Assembly: GCF_009914755.1 (NCBI RefSeq)
Contig: NC_060925.1
Direction: 5' to 3' (one strand)
From: the human T2T-CHM13v2.0 reference genome, Homo sapiens
DNA length: 64,000 nucleotides
The first letter of the stretch is position 1; each line of letters begins with the position of its first letter. A program made the position numbers and the translations under genes. Positions 1-11,700 of this stretch are shown here, piece after piece. The notes below the pieces were generated by a model, which did not search any database, was not told where the DNA came from, and was given only the letters and a program-made list of their open reading frames with translations.

Positions 1-200
1 GTTATAATAATTGGAGTGATGTTGGGAGAACATGGACCCAAGTGGTGGCCATGGGAATGGAGAGGAGATATTGTATACAATGGGGATCTCCCAGACCTGG
101 GCCTGCTGGAGGTCTTGGCAAGAAGGACCCACAGTCTTTCCAGAATAGGCCCAGGCTGGGGTAAGCAAAAAGGAGTTTAGGGAGTTGGGGATGGGAGGGC

Positions 201-727
<527 letters not shown>

Positions 728-2179
728 AACATTATATTTTTCATGGATCAGGTGTAAAGTTGTTGCTGAGAGACTTAGAGGATTTCTAAGTACGGAAAGA
801 TGAGACCTGAGATTAGATATATTTTCACTCTCCACAGACAAGTCCAGGAAGTGTTCCTAGAGAATGTGGCAGGGGTGTAGAAAGCAGAAACTATGTATTC
901 ATTCCAACTTGTAGCTATTTAATAAATGTTTAATAAGTAGTATGGGCACTAAGCTAGTCTTACAATAATATTGTGGAGCTTACTGTCTAGCATAGGTCAG
1001 TGGAAGGCCCCGGTCTAAATAATAGCTCCTATTTTTTAAGCACCCATCTGTGCCAGTCCCTAGAGACTTACTATTTCTGAATCTCAGAAGAACCCTCAGA
1101 AATAGACATTGGCACCCTGATCTGACCGGTGAGGACACTAAGGCTTTCAGGCATAACTTGCCCAAGGAATGGGTGGAACTAGCACGTAGCCCAAGGCCCC
1201 TGTGTCTTGTTGCCTCCAGACCTGAGCCTTTCACTTAGAAACTACATGAGTCTCAAAGATGGGTCAACGAAATAGTTTTTGTCCCTACAACACAGAGCAA
1301 ACATGATATATACAAAGGCAAATGATTAGTGTGTGACAGGGAATGCTGGGGAGAGGAAACAGCAGAGAAATGCTATGAAACCCAGAGCAGCAGGAACTTG
1401 GGCCTCTTCTAGGAATGGTGTAGACCCAAGAAAGGAGGGGCTCGTTTGAGGTTTCTGGAGGAGTCTCTGCCAGGTAGGAACTGAGATGAGATGGGTGATC
1501 CTGGAAGTGGCACAAACACTGAGGGGAATCCCCCAACCTGGGCCTGCTGGAGTTCCTGGCAGGAAGGACCTACCCAGGGTCAGACTTCTTTCCAGGGCCA
1601 AACCCTGCCCAGAGCTGAGGCAAGACCCCTTAGGCTATAGAGATGGGGGTGAAAACAGATGCTTCTCCAATTCTTCCTTTCCTCTTTTCAGTCTGGCTGA
1701 GAATCTGGGGGAGGAAAGTCCCTGGGGTAGAGGGGAAGTGAGAGCTGCCACATTGGGCCTGGGCAGAGGGGCAGAGCTAGGAGATGGAGCTAAGTGTGGC
1801 TTTGCAAGTTGTCTATATTTGCATGCTGAGCTCACTGCTGCTCTTTTTCTCCCCAGAAAATAAAATTACATCATGGTAGGGGGAAGGCAGGAGTGGGGCA
1901 TGTTTGGGAAAGGTGAGAGGCACGCAAGAGGGCCTGAAGGCATCATCCTGGAAAGAGAAGATCCAGGGCTCCTCAAGTCCCCATGTGGCCCCAACCCCTC
2001 ACTCCCAATGTGGATAAGTCTGATCAGTCATTTTCCACTGCGCCCCTGACCCTTAAGGCAAGGCAAGAAGTTTTTACAAATATTAAAGCCAGCAGCTAAG
2101 AGAATCCAGCCCCCAAAGGCTTTCCAACCCCCTAAACCAAACCTACTCTGTGCCTCCCAGGGGTCCTAGGCACCGTGGT

Positions 2180-2192
2180 CATCCAAAGGTCA
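2180..2192 (+). promoter_or_regulatory. DR1-type nuclear receptor element (HNF4A/COUP-TF)
   Basis: CATCCAAAGGTCA about 270 bp upstream of exon 1; contains the CAAAG HNF4 core plus AGGTCA. Confidence 0.55.
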
Positions 2193-2429
2193 AAAGGGGA
2201 GGAGGGTGCCCTACTGGGTAAGAATTAAATATGAGAATTGTTTCGCAGTTCAGGGGGAAGAGACCGTCTCCGCTCCAGCCCTCCGCCCAATTCTGTCCCC
2301 CATCCTAGGAGTCTTCCAGAACCCCAGCCCCTCGGTCCCCCGCCCCCTCCTGCCTCTCCATCCCTCCCCCTCCTCCCGCCATTCCCCGCCCCCCGCCCCT
2401 CCCCGGCTCTGACATCACCGGCCAGCCGG

Positions 2430-2598
2430 GTGGAGTGAGCGGCGCTGGGCTCGGGCTCCGGCTCCGCGGGCGGAAGAGGCGGCGGCGGCGGCAGAAGCGG
2501 CGGCGGCGGCGGCGGGAGCCGAGGAGGAGGTTCCGGACGCTGCTTAGGAACCGGGGACTCAGGAGTGCCCGCGCCCTGAGCGCTCAGCTCCAGAGGCG
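2430..2598 (+). other. PEA15: PEA15 non-coding exon 1 (TSS approximate)
   Basis: GC-rich exon in a CpG island ending at donor GCG|gtgaga (2599); no AUG. Confidence 0.85.
2478..2514 (+). repeat. Interrupted GGC repeat in PEA15 5'UTR: (GGC)5-AGAA-(GCG)6
   Basis: Read directly. Confidence 0.95.
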
Positions 2599-5500
2599 GT
2601 GAGAGGGGCGGAGAGGAGACATGTCGCGGGGAAGGGGCAGATTTCGGGGTCTAGGCTTGGAGGGGCAACGATCTGGGACACCGGGGGCCAGACGGGGAGT
2701 GTGGGGACCCCGGACGAGTCCACTTTGTGTCAGGCCTCACGGGGTCCGTCCCTCGGTCGGTGCGTCCCGAGCGCCGAGCGTGTGCTGGAGGCGGCGTGGC
2801 TCCGGCCAGCCCGTTCCACGCTGAACGGCAGTTTGGGAGTCGGACCGGGGCCTGTGGATTAGGATGCAGCCTGCTTCCCGCCCAGCCGGCTCGGCCAGGC
2901 CAGCGCCCGCCCCTCCCTCCCCGCTCAGGCTTCGGACTCGCCTCCGCTGGCGGTCTCCCGGCCCAGCCCTGTCTCGGTTCCGCGGGCGGCTGGTACCATG
3001 TGCCCTCACCCCCAGCTCACTGCACCTGGGGAAGAGGTGGGCTTGGCGGAAAGCTTGTCCAGAGGGAAGGAGGAGCTGGGGGTGTAGAGAAGTGATGTAT
3101 ATCTAACGTAAAAACCCTTATTAATTTCATATAATCCGTGTCAAAACTGACAGGGAAACACGCACACCTATAAGGCACGCCAGCACACACAGTGACACAC
3201 ACCCATGTGACTTATACACATAGTCTAGCACACTCCAAATCACAAACGTCCCTGGACTACGCATCCGGCCGCCCACCACACCCCCACTCTGTGGGGTGGG
3301 GCATCCCATGAGGAGTCTTCTGAACTGCGGGCTCCAAGTCATCAGTCCGACAGGACAGCTGAGTGGACAGAAAGGGCCACTGTCCCCAAATCCATCCTGA
3401 TTTTCTGGCAGCTTTTCCCAGCCCCATGGTTTCAGATTGTTCCTCTTTAAAACTGTGGGGAAAGATGGGAGAAAATCTTGGTCTCATTCCTCTAACACAA
3501 GGAGACAGGATTTTGCGGACTAATGAGGGTAGGGGCTTCTGGTGGCTTCTCTTCCTGGGTCCAGTTAGGGCTTAGCGTGCTGGGAGTGGCTAGTTTCTGG
3601 GTAAGAGTGGCCAAGGGATGGAGGAGGAGGGGGTGGAAGAAACGGAGAGGAAAAAGAATGGGTATGAGTCAGCCAAGAATGGAACCCAAGTCAGAGAGAG
3701 AATGAGAGGAATGTGTGTGAGAAGCAGACAGACATCTCCAGAGAGGTCTAGAGATAGTCAGGGAACCAGGGAGAGGGAGGAAGTGAGAGAAAGAGATGGT
3801 CAGAGAAGTGCAAACAGTGTTTGAGAGTGCACTAAACAAATTAGGGAGGATGAAGGTTGGGGGAGACCACTGGGAGTTAGGGAAAGTGGTACGTGTGTCT
3901 GGGCCCCAGGCTGTCAGAGCGATTAGCTTTAATTGCTCTTCCCTTTGTGGTTAAATACTCCATTGGGGAAATTGCCAGTGATGCCCTAGGCTGCAGGCTT
4001 CCCTGGTTGCCTACTTCCTCAATTCCGTGCCCATCATGTGTGGATGTATTATCATGCATGAAGAGGGTCACAGAATCACAGAGCGCCTCACTCTCTCACA
4101 CAGATCCTCACGCACAATGTCATGATGGATATCTTCACCAGCTGGTAGGCAGCCAACCACTGAATCTCCAAGCCACTCCGACCAAACTTACTCTGTCTTT
4201 TGTAGCAGGGATGCTCACCCCTTCCTAATTGCAGCTCCGAATATTCAGATGGGGACAGTGAAGCACAGATCTCAGGAGTCCTAAGTATTCATGGCTACCA
4301 CTAAGTTGGATAGGTGAGTAGGAAATGCTAGAAGGGGTGAAAGCCTATAGAAAGGAGGAAAAGAGAGACTGAAAGATGAAGTAGAAAGGAAATGCATGAC
4401 AAAGAGTGAGAGAGATGGAGAGAGACAGAAATAGAAGCAGGGAGTGCCACACCAGAAGAGTGGAAACAGAGATGGGCTGGGGAGAGTCCTAGGCCCCATT
4501 CCCCTCCTCGCCATCAGCCGGCCCTCCTCTGCTCTGCCTGATCCAGTGCCAGCTATCTCCTGATGCCCCATCTTGGGTCTGGCTCTTTCTAGACCAAGGG
4601 CTGAAGGCTAATCCTTGTCCCCATGCCCAAAGGTAATCCATTTTGCTTCTTGGACTGAAGTGAACATTTTAGGGCCCAGATGTCCTGCCTCTCGTCACTT
4701 CCAGGCTGACCCTGGAGCCTCAGAACCCTCAATTTCCTTGTTACAGGAGTAAAGACAACCCCCTCCTCCCCCACAAAGCTGGATAAAAAGCTTAAAGAAG
4801 AAATTAATTGAGAATGATATTAAAGGAAATAAACTACAGGACTGCTTGAATTTGGGGCCCAGTTATAATTTAAAATAGGAAAGCTGGACCCCTACTCTCT
4901 CCCTTCCAACCCCTCTGCCTCTCCGTGATTACTTCCAACTTCAGGCAGAAGACTGACAGACTTGAGTGCCTGGGAGTCCCCTCCTGCCCAATACAGGGAC
5001 CTCTAGGTCCTTGCAGCTGTCTGGGATGGCCCCTCCCCTCAGGCTTAGGCAGCTGCAACAGATGTGGAAGAGGGACGGGCAGCAACTCTTAATCTTCAGG
5101 CTTCCTTCTCGAATTTACAGAGGATTTGGAACCAAACGTTAGAAGGGATAATCTACCACGACTTAATGTCAAAATGCACAGAAATTCTTTTGGTGCTGCC
5201 ACCTCCTCCACAGGTGGTTATCCCAATTGCCAGGCTTCTCAAAGCACTCCCAGGGCCTGGCTCTTCTTACCCCAGTGCCCATGGAGCTCCCACCTGTCCC
5301 ACCCTAAAAGGTCAGTATATAATGGTCCTTACCTCCTGCCCCTCTTCCCCAGCATCCTCAGTTGGTTTGACCTTTGTCAGGGCTGTGCCTGGGGCCAGCT
5401 TGGAAGGAGAGGGAGGCAGGAAGGAAGGAAGGTGTGAGGAAGCGGTGAGCCTAGCACAGAAAGCTGGGAGGGAAGAGGACTGACTTCCTGGCAGCCGGGG

Positions 5501-5680
5501 CTCCGGTTCCTGATTCCTGCCCTGGTATCCTGTCCCAAGAATGGCCTCCGCCCAGACTGCCTGGTGATCCCTGAGCAGCTCTCTGCACTGCTCCAGAAAT
5601 CAGGAGGATTTTTCAGAGCCCAGAGAGCAGATTTCTCCACGGGCCCTAAGGAAATCTGAATCTCTGGTGAGGAAAGTGAC

Positions 5681-5741
5681 ATGGAGGATGAAGGAAACAA
5701 GCTCTGCCAAGCCCCACCATGGCCAGGCCAGACCAGCCCAG
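5681..5741 (+). CDS. PEA15: PEA15 alternative upstream coding segment adding 21 aa (MEDEGNKLCQAPPWPGQTSPV), giving a 151-aa isoform
   Basis: gacATGG good Kozak; CCAG|gtacaa donor; G+TC at exon 2 gives Val in frame with ATG 8617. Confidence 0.7.
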
Positions 5742-6582
5742 GTACAACTGTTGATCAGTGAGAATTGAGAGCAGTTCCCCTAAACAACACTCCCTTTGCT
5801 TCTTCTGCCATACTAAGGCCTAGGCAAATGGATCTCTCCAAGAAGGGAGGCAACTGGGCTGCCTTTCCTTGTACCGTCAGGGGGCCTTATTCCTATCCTT
5901 TCTGTCCCTTCTTACTCACCATTCCCTACACTCCTCCCATCTAGTGGTGTCATCCTAACGACTGGGGGTGGGGGGCACCCAGAACTGAGGTTGCTATAGT
6001 AACAGATGAGCTGAGGCTACAGCCTTCTATAGTTGTGGACTGTATGCTCTCCTCCCCCTCGCCCCCCATGCCTCATTTGCAGCCTTAGTCTCTTTCTGTC
6101 TCCCAACTCCAGCTCTCTTTCTCCATTCTGTAGGCTCCCCTCACCCCTCTGGATGTGAGCCTGTGGTTATATGCCTTCTTACACATGCTCTTGGCTGGTT
6201 TAGACACAAACACACACATGACAGATACTCACAGCCAGTGCACCCACAGCCATATATCCAGTGCTGGCACATACACCTCCATTACCAGAACATCCAAACA
6301 CACCCACAGATACCCAGCCACTGCCTCCTCCAGAGCTGTGCCCACAACCCGGGGATTAGCATCCATAAGATCCGAGCACACACACATTTCTCCTCTGCCA
6401 CTTTAACATTCCTACCCCCATCTCTCTTAGGGGCCTCCTTGTATCTTTCACTCTCTTAGAAAGCTCCTACCCACTGCCCCCAAGTCTTTGTGGGTGAGTG
6501 TGTTACACACATTAATCTCTTCCCGCCTACCTCCTCTGTAGATCTGTTTTAGATTCAAAGCCCTAAATCTGAACTCCTCCCG

Positions 6583-6619
6583 ACACACACACACACACAC
6601 ACACACAGACACACACACA
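6583..6619. repeat. (CA)n microsatellite
   Basis: Read directly. Confidence 0.95.
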
Positions 6620-8616
6620 GATGCACTCTTTCCTCCCGCAGGATCTGTAATATTTACAAACTCTCCTTCCATATGAAAGCAGGGAAGTATAACCCCCAAT
6701 CCTGCCCCCTTTTCCAGCTGAGGGCTTGGCCCCAGAGTTTCCTCCACTGGGGCAGGGTCTTCTTGTCTCCTGCTGCGCTTTCCCTTCCAGTTGTACTCAT
6801 GCCCCCCTACTCATTCTTATCTCCATCTCTAGTCCCCTCCCCATCATCCCCCTCACCCGTACCCCCCTCCTTCTGTCCTTGGATTATCAGTGAAGTGAGG
6901 GGGGTTGGGCTCCAGAGCTTGCTGCTGTGACCTAGATTTCAAGGCAGAGACAGTTCCTGGTGCTGACAGTCAGAGAGCATTGTTCCTGGCCCGGCCTGGC
7001 AGGGCCACTGCTGGGCCCTTCTGTCTGGTTGCACCTGGGTGTGCAACTGAGCATGCCTATGACTGCCTGTTTCTTGCGGGGGTCATGGTAGCCCTCCTGT
7101 CTGGCTCATTGTCTGCCTGTGTCATGGTGCCTGCCACCAAGGGAGGCTTGTTTATTCTGGTCCAGGTAGGGGGCTGGGAATGGGGACTTCTGGGTCTGTA
7201 TCTCTTATTTTGTGACCACCATGCCAATCTCAGTTCCCCTGCAGTAGAGCAAGAAGGAAAATGTGAATGTGTCAACCAAGCCCCTTTGATCTGCCACATT
7301 CCCAGCCTAATGCTGGGGTGATTTGCAGGCAGCCTCCGTCAGGGACAAGGTCATCTTGCTGCTTGCCCACCCCTTGGTCTAGTCGCATACAGAGTGTTTA
7401 TGATACAATTTACTTTTTAAAACATGCTTTACTTTTCTGACTAAAAGGAAATAGATACTCATTGTGGAAATAAGTTCCATTTTTGAGCTTACCACTAGTG
7501 TCACATTTTATCAAATCCAGAAAGTCCATTCAAACATCTGACCTTCTTTCTTCTGTCTTAGCCACAGTTCCTATCTTAGTGGAAGGAAGGCCTTGAATGT
7601 TCTCTACTTCTCACCTAAGGATCATGAAAGAGGGATAGGGTGAAAGCCTAGGTGAGATCTGGCCTTGCTGATCTCATCAGACCATGCTGAAGGTAGTGCC
7701 AGTAGGATGTTGATACGATACGAGAAGGGGGGGCAGTCCCCTTTTGCCATTCTCCCAAAGCCGCATCTAAAGTCCCCTCCCCCCACCACCCAGCCAGCCT
7801 GGGAACTGGGCAGGGGGCCAGAGCCAGTTGCTTGGTATTCTTGGGCACGGGGGCTGCAGGCACAGCACAAAGGGTAGGAGAGAGAGCTGAGTGGGGGCCT
7901 GGTAACCATCAAAGGAGAAAATGGGCTCCACAAAGGTGGGGGTGGTCCATTGCTTCCCCCACCTCGAACCCTAATGACTGAATACAAGGCTAGCATGGTG
8001 GGGCCAAGGAACCATCAGACCAAGCAACTAGGCATCCATCCAAAATGAGTCATTAGTGGGGTGGTGGGGAGTTGAAGTGAGGGACCCCTTTGCCTTTGAG
8101 GCAGAATGGGGAAGCTAGAACACATGAGTTCCTACCAGACCCTCCAGCTCTTTCTCAGCTTCTCACTGCCACAGCAAGCCTCGCCCTAGTTGTTTTGGAG
8201 TTTTTTTTCCCTGACATGGGGAGGGGTTGGAAGTGGGTGGGGCGATTCTGAGGGGGGACTTGGAGAGAGCGGGTGAGAAAGTCGGGAGCAGGTTGCTATG
8301 GTAACCGCCTCCTCAGTCAGGGGAACTGTTGCCAGGGTTACTGTTAGAGGGGGAAAACAGAAGAAAAAGATGGTGGGGGGAAGGAGGTATGACTTGTCAC
8401 TCTAGGCTCCAGCCTGGCTCCTAGCTTCCCGTCTACCCTGACTGCCTCCCCTAGGTCTTCCTTTTCTCCCTCCAGCCCTAGCCACCTCCAGCCTCCATGT
8501 TCCAGGCACATGCCTGGTAGGGCAGAGTGGGGAGTAGGAGGGTAGTGCCAGTGAGTAAACCAGACTCCATACCTTAAGCTCAACTCCTATCCCTTTGTCG
8601 CCTCCCAACCCCAGTC

Positions 8617-8788
8617 ATGGCTGAGTACGGGACCCTCCTGCAAGACCTGACCAACAACATCACCCTTGAAGATCTAGAACAGCTCAAGTCGGCCTGCAAG
8701 GAAGACATCCCCAGCGAAAAGAGTGAGGAGATCACTACTGGCAGTGCCTGGTTTAGCTTCCTGGAGAGCCACAACAAGCTGGACAAAG
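8617..8788 (+). CDS. PEA15: PEA15 coding exon (exon 2; exon starts 8615)
   Basis: ccccag|TCATGG acceptor; AAAG|gtgggg donor; aa 1-57. Confidence 0.98.
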
Positions 8789-10559
8789 GTGGGGGAGGGG
8801 AGCACAGGGGTCCTGTCATCAGTCATTCAGGCTCAGTTCATTCAGCAAATAGAGATGAGCTCAAAGCTTTTACATCCACAATGTGTACCCCTCTATAGCA
8901 AGGCAGAAGAGAGGTGCTCTAAGAGTATGGGGGCCTTAGACATTTTTCACTGTGCCCCTCATCGGTAAAAAATGTTATTCAGATACTCCTGTGCTATTAT
9001 CACATATACAACAGAACATAAAAACAATCTAAAAATAGTAAAATTTTAAGTGGCAAAAATTGGGAAGAATTCTAGACAATAAAAATGGAAGAATACCTGA
9101 ATGAGGGGAGAACTCGAAGTGTAATCTAACTGGTAAATAGTAATACTAATCTTTGTTAAGCATTTTTTAAAAACTGGTAAAATTTAAAACTACAAGTTCT
9201 ATCATTTTCTTATCCACTTTGAGAGACTACTGCTTGGGGAGTGGGATCTATGGATTAGAGTAATCCCTCACAGCTGGAGGCTTTAGGGAAGAAATTGGTG
9301 TTTAAGATGGCCCTGAAAGGTGAGTGGGATTTCTAAGGCAAGATCCAAAGGAGGGCATGCCAGGCAGAGGAACACTGTCACAGAGTATCTAGTGTGTTTG
9401 GAAATGCAATCAGTCCTGCTTGGCTTGACTAGGATGTAGGGTGTTTAGAAATGGCTGGGAAGGTAAGGTAAGACTGTGTTGTAGAGAGCCTGGGTATTGG
9501 ATAGGTGAGGTGAGTGAACTCAGGGCCCTTCAGATATACTATTCTGACTGCTGTGTGGCTGGCAGGGAGAACGTATAAAGGAGGACGTGTTACAGTTAGA
9601 CTGTATGGCAACAGTCAGAGGGGAGGAGCCAGGGAAGAAGGTCTAAGGGCATCTATAATCTCCTGGAATTGGCCAAGCCATGGACATCGTCCTTCTGGTG
9701 GTGTCCATACCTTCTCTCATTTAGAATAACCTTTCTCACCAGGCCCAGAATCTCTCCTGGGTTGCCTAGAGATTCCACCCTGCTGGTCCTACATGTGCTG
9801 TCAGCAAATTCTGATACTTACTTGGATGGAAAGTGGAAAAGGATGGGGGTGGGGGTGGGGTATCTGGAAGTCAAGTTGATTTTTCTTTTGTCCCCTCCCC
9901 ACAACATATGGGAGCTAGTATCTAAGCTAAACCCCTCATTCTAACCACAATCTAGAAACTTCACTGACCAACTATCTGCCCTTCCTGCGAACAGTCCTCT
10001 GTATTGTTGTTTGGGTACCTTAGCTTTCTTCTCCTGGATTAGTAGCCCCTCTTCCTCCAGTGTTGTACCCTCCCATAACCAATGTCAGCAACTCAGCTTT
10101 GGTTCCAGGTCACTAGTCTGGTGGAGTAGGGGAAGCTGACCTCTACAGCCTAGCTCTGACCCTATCTCCTGCCTTCCTCCAGACAACCTCTCCTACATTG
10201 AGCACATCTTTGAGATCTCCCGCCGTCCTGACCTACTCACTATGGTGGTTGACTACAGAACCCGTGTGCTGAAGATCTCTGAGGAGGATGAGCTGGACAC
10301 CAAGCTAACCCGTATCCCCAGTGCCAAGAAGTACAAAGGTAAGCGGCCACTCCTTTAACTAGCTGCACCTCTGCCTCGTCCCGTTGACTATCCTTGGAGT
10401 ACTTGAGTTTTGGGAGAGTGGAGGCAGATGCCCAATGGGCCTGCCTGGCATCTCCCACACTGCTGTCCCTGGACACATACCTTTTTGCCCCCAGACATTA
10501 TCCGGCAGCCCTCTGAGGAAGAGATCATCAAATTGGCTCCCCCACCGAAGAAGGCCTGA
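8617..10559 (+). CDS. PEA15: PEA15 (astrocytic phosphoprotein PEA-15/PED), 130-aa death-effector-domain protein; spliced CDS 8617-8788 + 10183-10338 + 10495-10559
   Basis: Exons join at GT/AG sites to 393 nt: [30 protein letters not shown]...RRPDLL...[30 protein letters not shown], the known PEA-15 sequence with the RxDL motif and phosphosites S104/S116. Confidence 0.99.
10183..10338 (+). CDS. PEA15: PEA15 exon 3
   Basis: cttcctccag|AC; AAAG|gtaagc; 156 nt [19 protein letters not shown]...KKYK. Confidence 0.98.
10495..10559 (+). CDS. PEA15: PEA15 exon 4 coding part
   Basis: tttttgcccccag|AC; [21 protein letters not shown] then TGA 10557-10559. Confidence 0.98.
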
Positions 10560-11694
10560 GCAAGGGGGAGGAAGAGGAGGAAGGTTGGACCTTCATCAGA
10601 CCACTCCCTTCCCCCATCCTCCAGGAGAGGGGGCAAGGGCAACCCACCATCTACCCACTTACTAACCTGGTCCTAACCCCCTTACTGTGCGCGTGTGTGT
10701 GCGTGTGCGCACGCTCTGGCTGTTTGTCTATATGTCTAGCTCATCTAGTTCCTCTTCTTAAGGGGATGGGGGTCAGGGGCTAGGGGAGGGGGCTGAGTTT
10801 CCCCACTTTAGGAGGAGGTGGGGGCTATTTCTATGCAAATAGAAATCAGCACATTCCTCCTACTTCCCTTTCCTCCACTCCCCCCATATCTTTAAAGTGT
10901 GGAAGCAGAAAGGACCTGCATTTTCCTACATTGAGGAGCTGACATAGGGGTAAGGTATGGGAGAGGTAGGTGGATCCAGGGAAAAGCAGTGGGGACGGAA
11001 GGCAAAGAGACCACTCAACCCCCACCTGGAAGGGGCAAAGAAAAGCCAGAGTTCCATGTTTGTACTCCTGTGCTGGACTGTTTCCTGAGTACCAGCAGGT
11101 CCCTTTTTGTCTCTCATGGGCCTAGCATAGGTATGAGCCAGGGATCCTTTCCTGGTCCCTAAGATCAAACCCCATGGAGCAGCCAGCGTTAGATGCCCCC
11201 ACCCACCTGTACTCTGGAGAGACTGTGCTGGGAACATGTACCACTGAGCCTGAGATGGGGATGAGGGCAGAGAGAGGGGAGCCCCCTCTTCCACTCAGTT
11301 GTTCCTACTCAGACTGTTGCACTCTAAACCTAGGGAGGTTGAAGAATGAGACCCTTAGGTTTTAACACGAATCCTGACACCACCATCTATAGGGTCCCAA
11401 CTTGGTTATTGTAGGCAACCTTCCCTCTCTCCTTGGTGAAGAACATCCCAAGCCAGAAAGAAGTTAACTACAGTGTTTTCCTTTGCACCGATCCCCACCC
11501 CAATTCAATCCCGGAAGGGACTTACTTAGGAAACCCTTCTTTACTAGATATCCTGGCCCCCTGGGCTTGTGAACACCTCCTAGCCACATCACTACAGTAC
11601 AGTGAGTGACCCCAGCCTCCTGCCTACCCCAAGATGCCCCTCCCCACCCTGACCGTGCTAACTGTGTGTACATATATATTCTACATATATGTAT

Positions 11695-11700
11695 ATTAAA
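11695..11700 (+). terminator. PEA15 proximal poly(A) signal ATTAAA (about 1.7 kb mRNA)
   Basis: UGUA elements upstream (11667, 11690) and U/GU-rich tract downstream (11721-11736); summed exon length fits the known short mRNA. Confidence 0.75.

Larger units (their letters stand above)
2260..3060. promoter_or_regulatory. PEA15 CpG-island promoter with GC boxes and CRE-like TGACATCA (2410-2417)
   Basis: Dense CpG; repeated CCCCGCCC at 2337-2400; no TATA box. Confidence 0.9.

Noticed and set aside
2599-3106. Several 67-122 aa ORFs in PEA15 intron 1
   Set aside because: GC-rich CpG island with few stops; no recognisable homology
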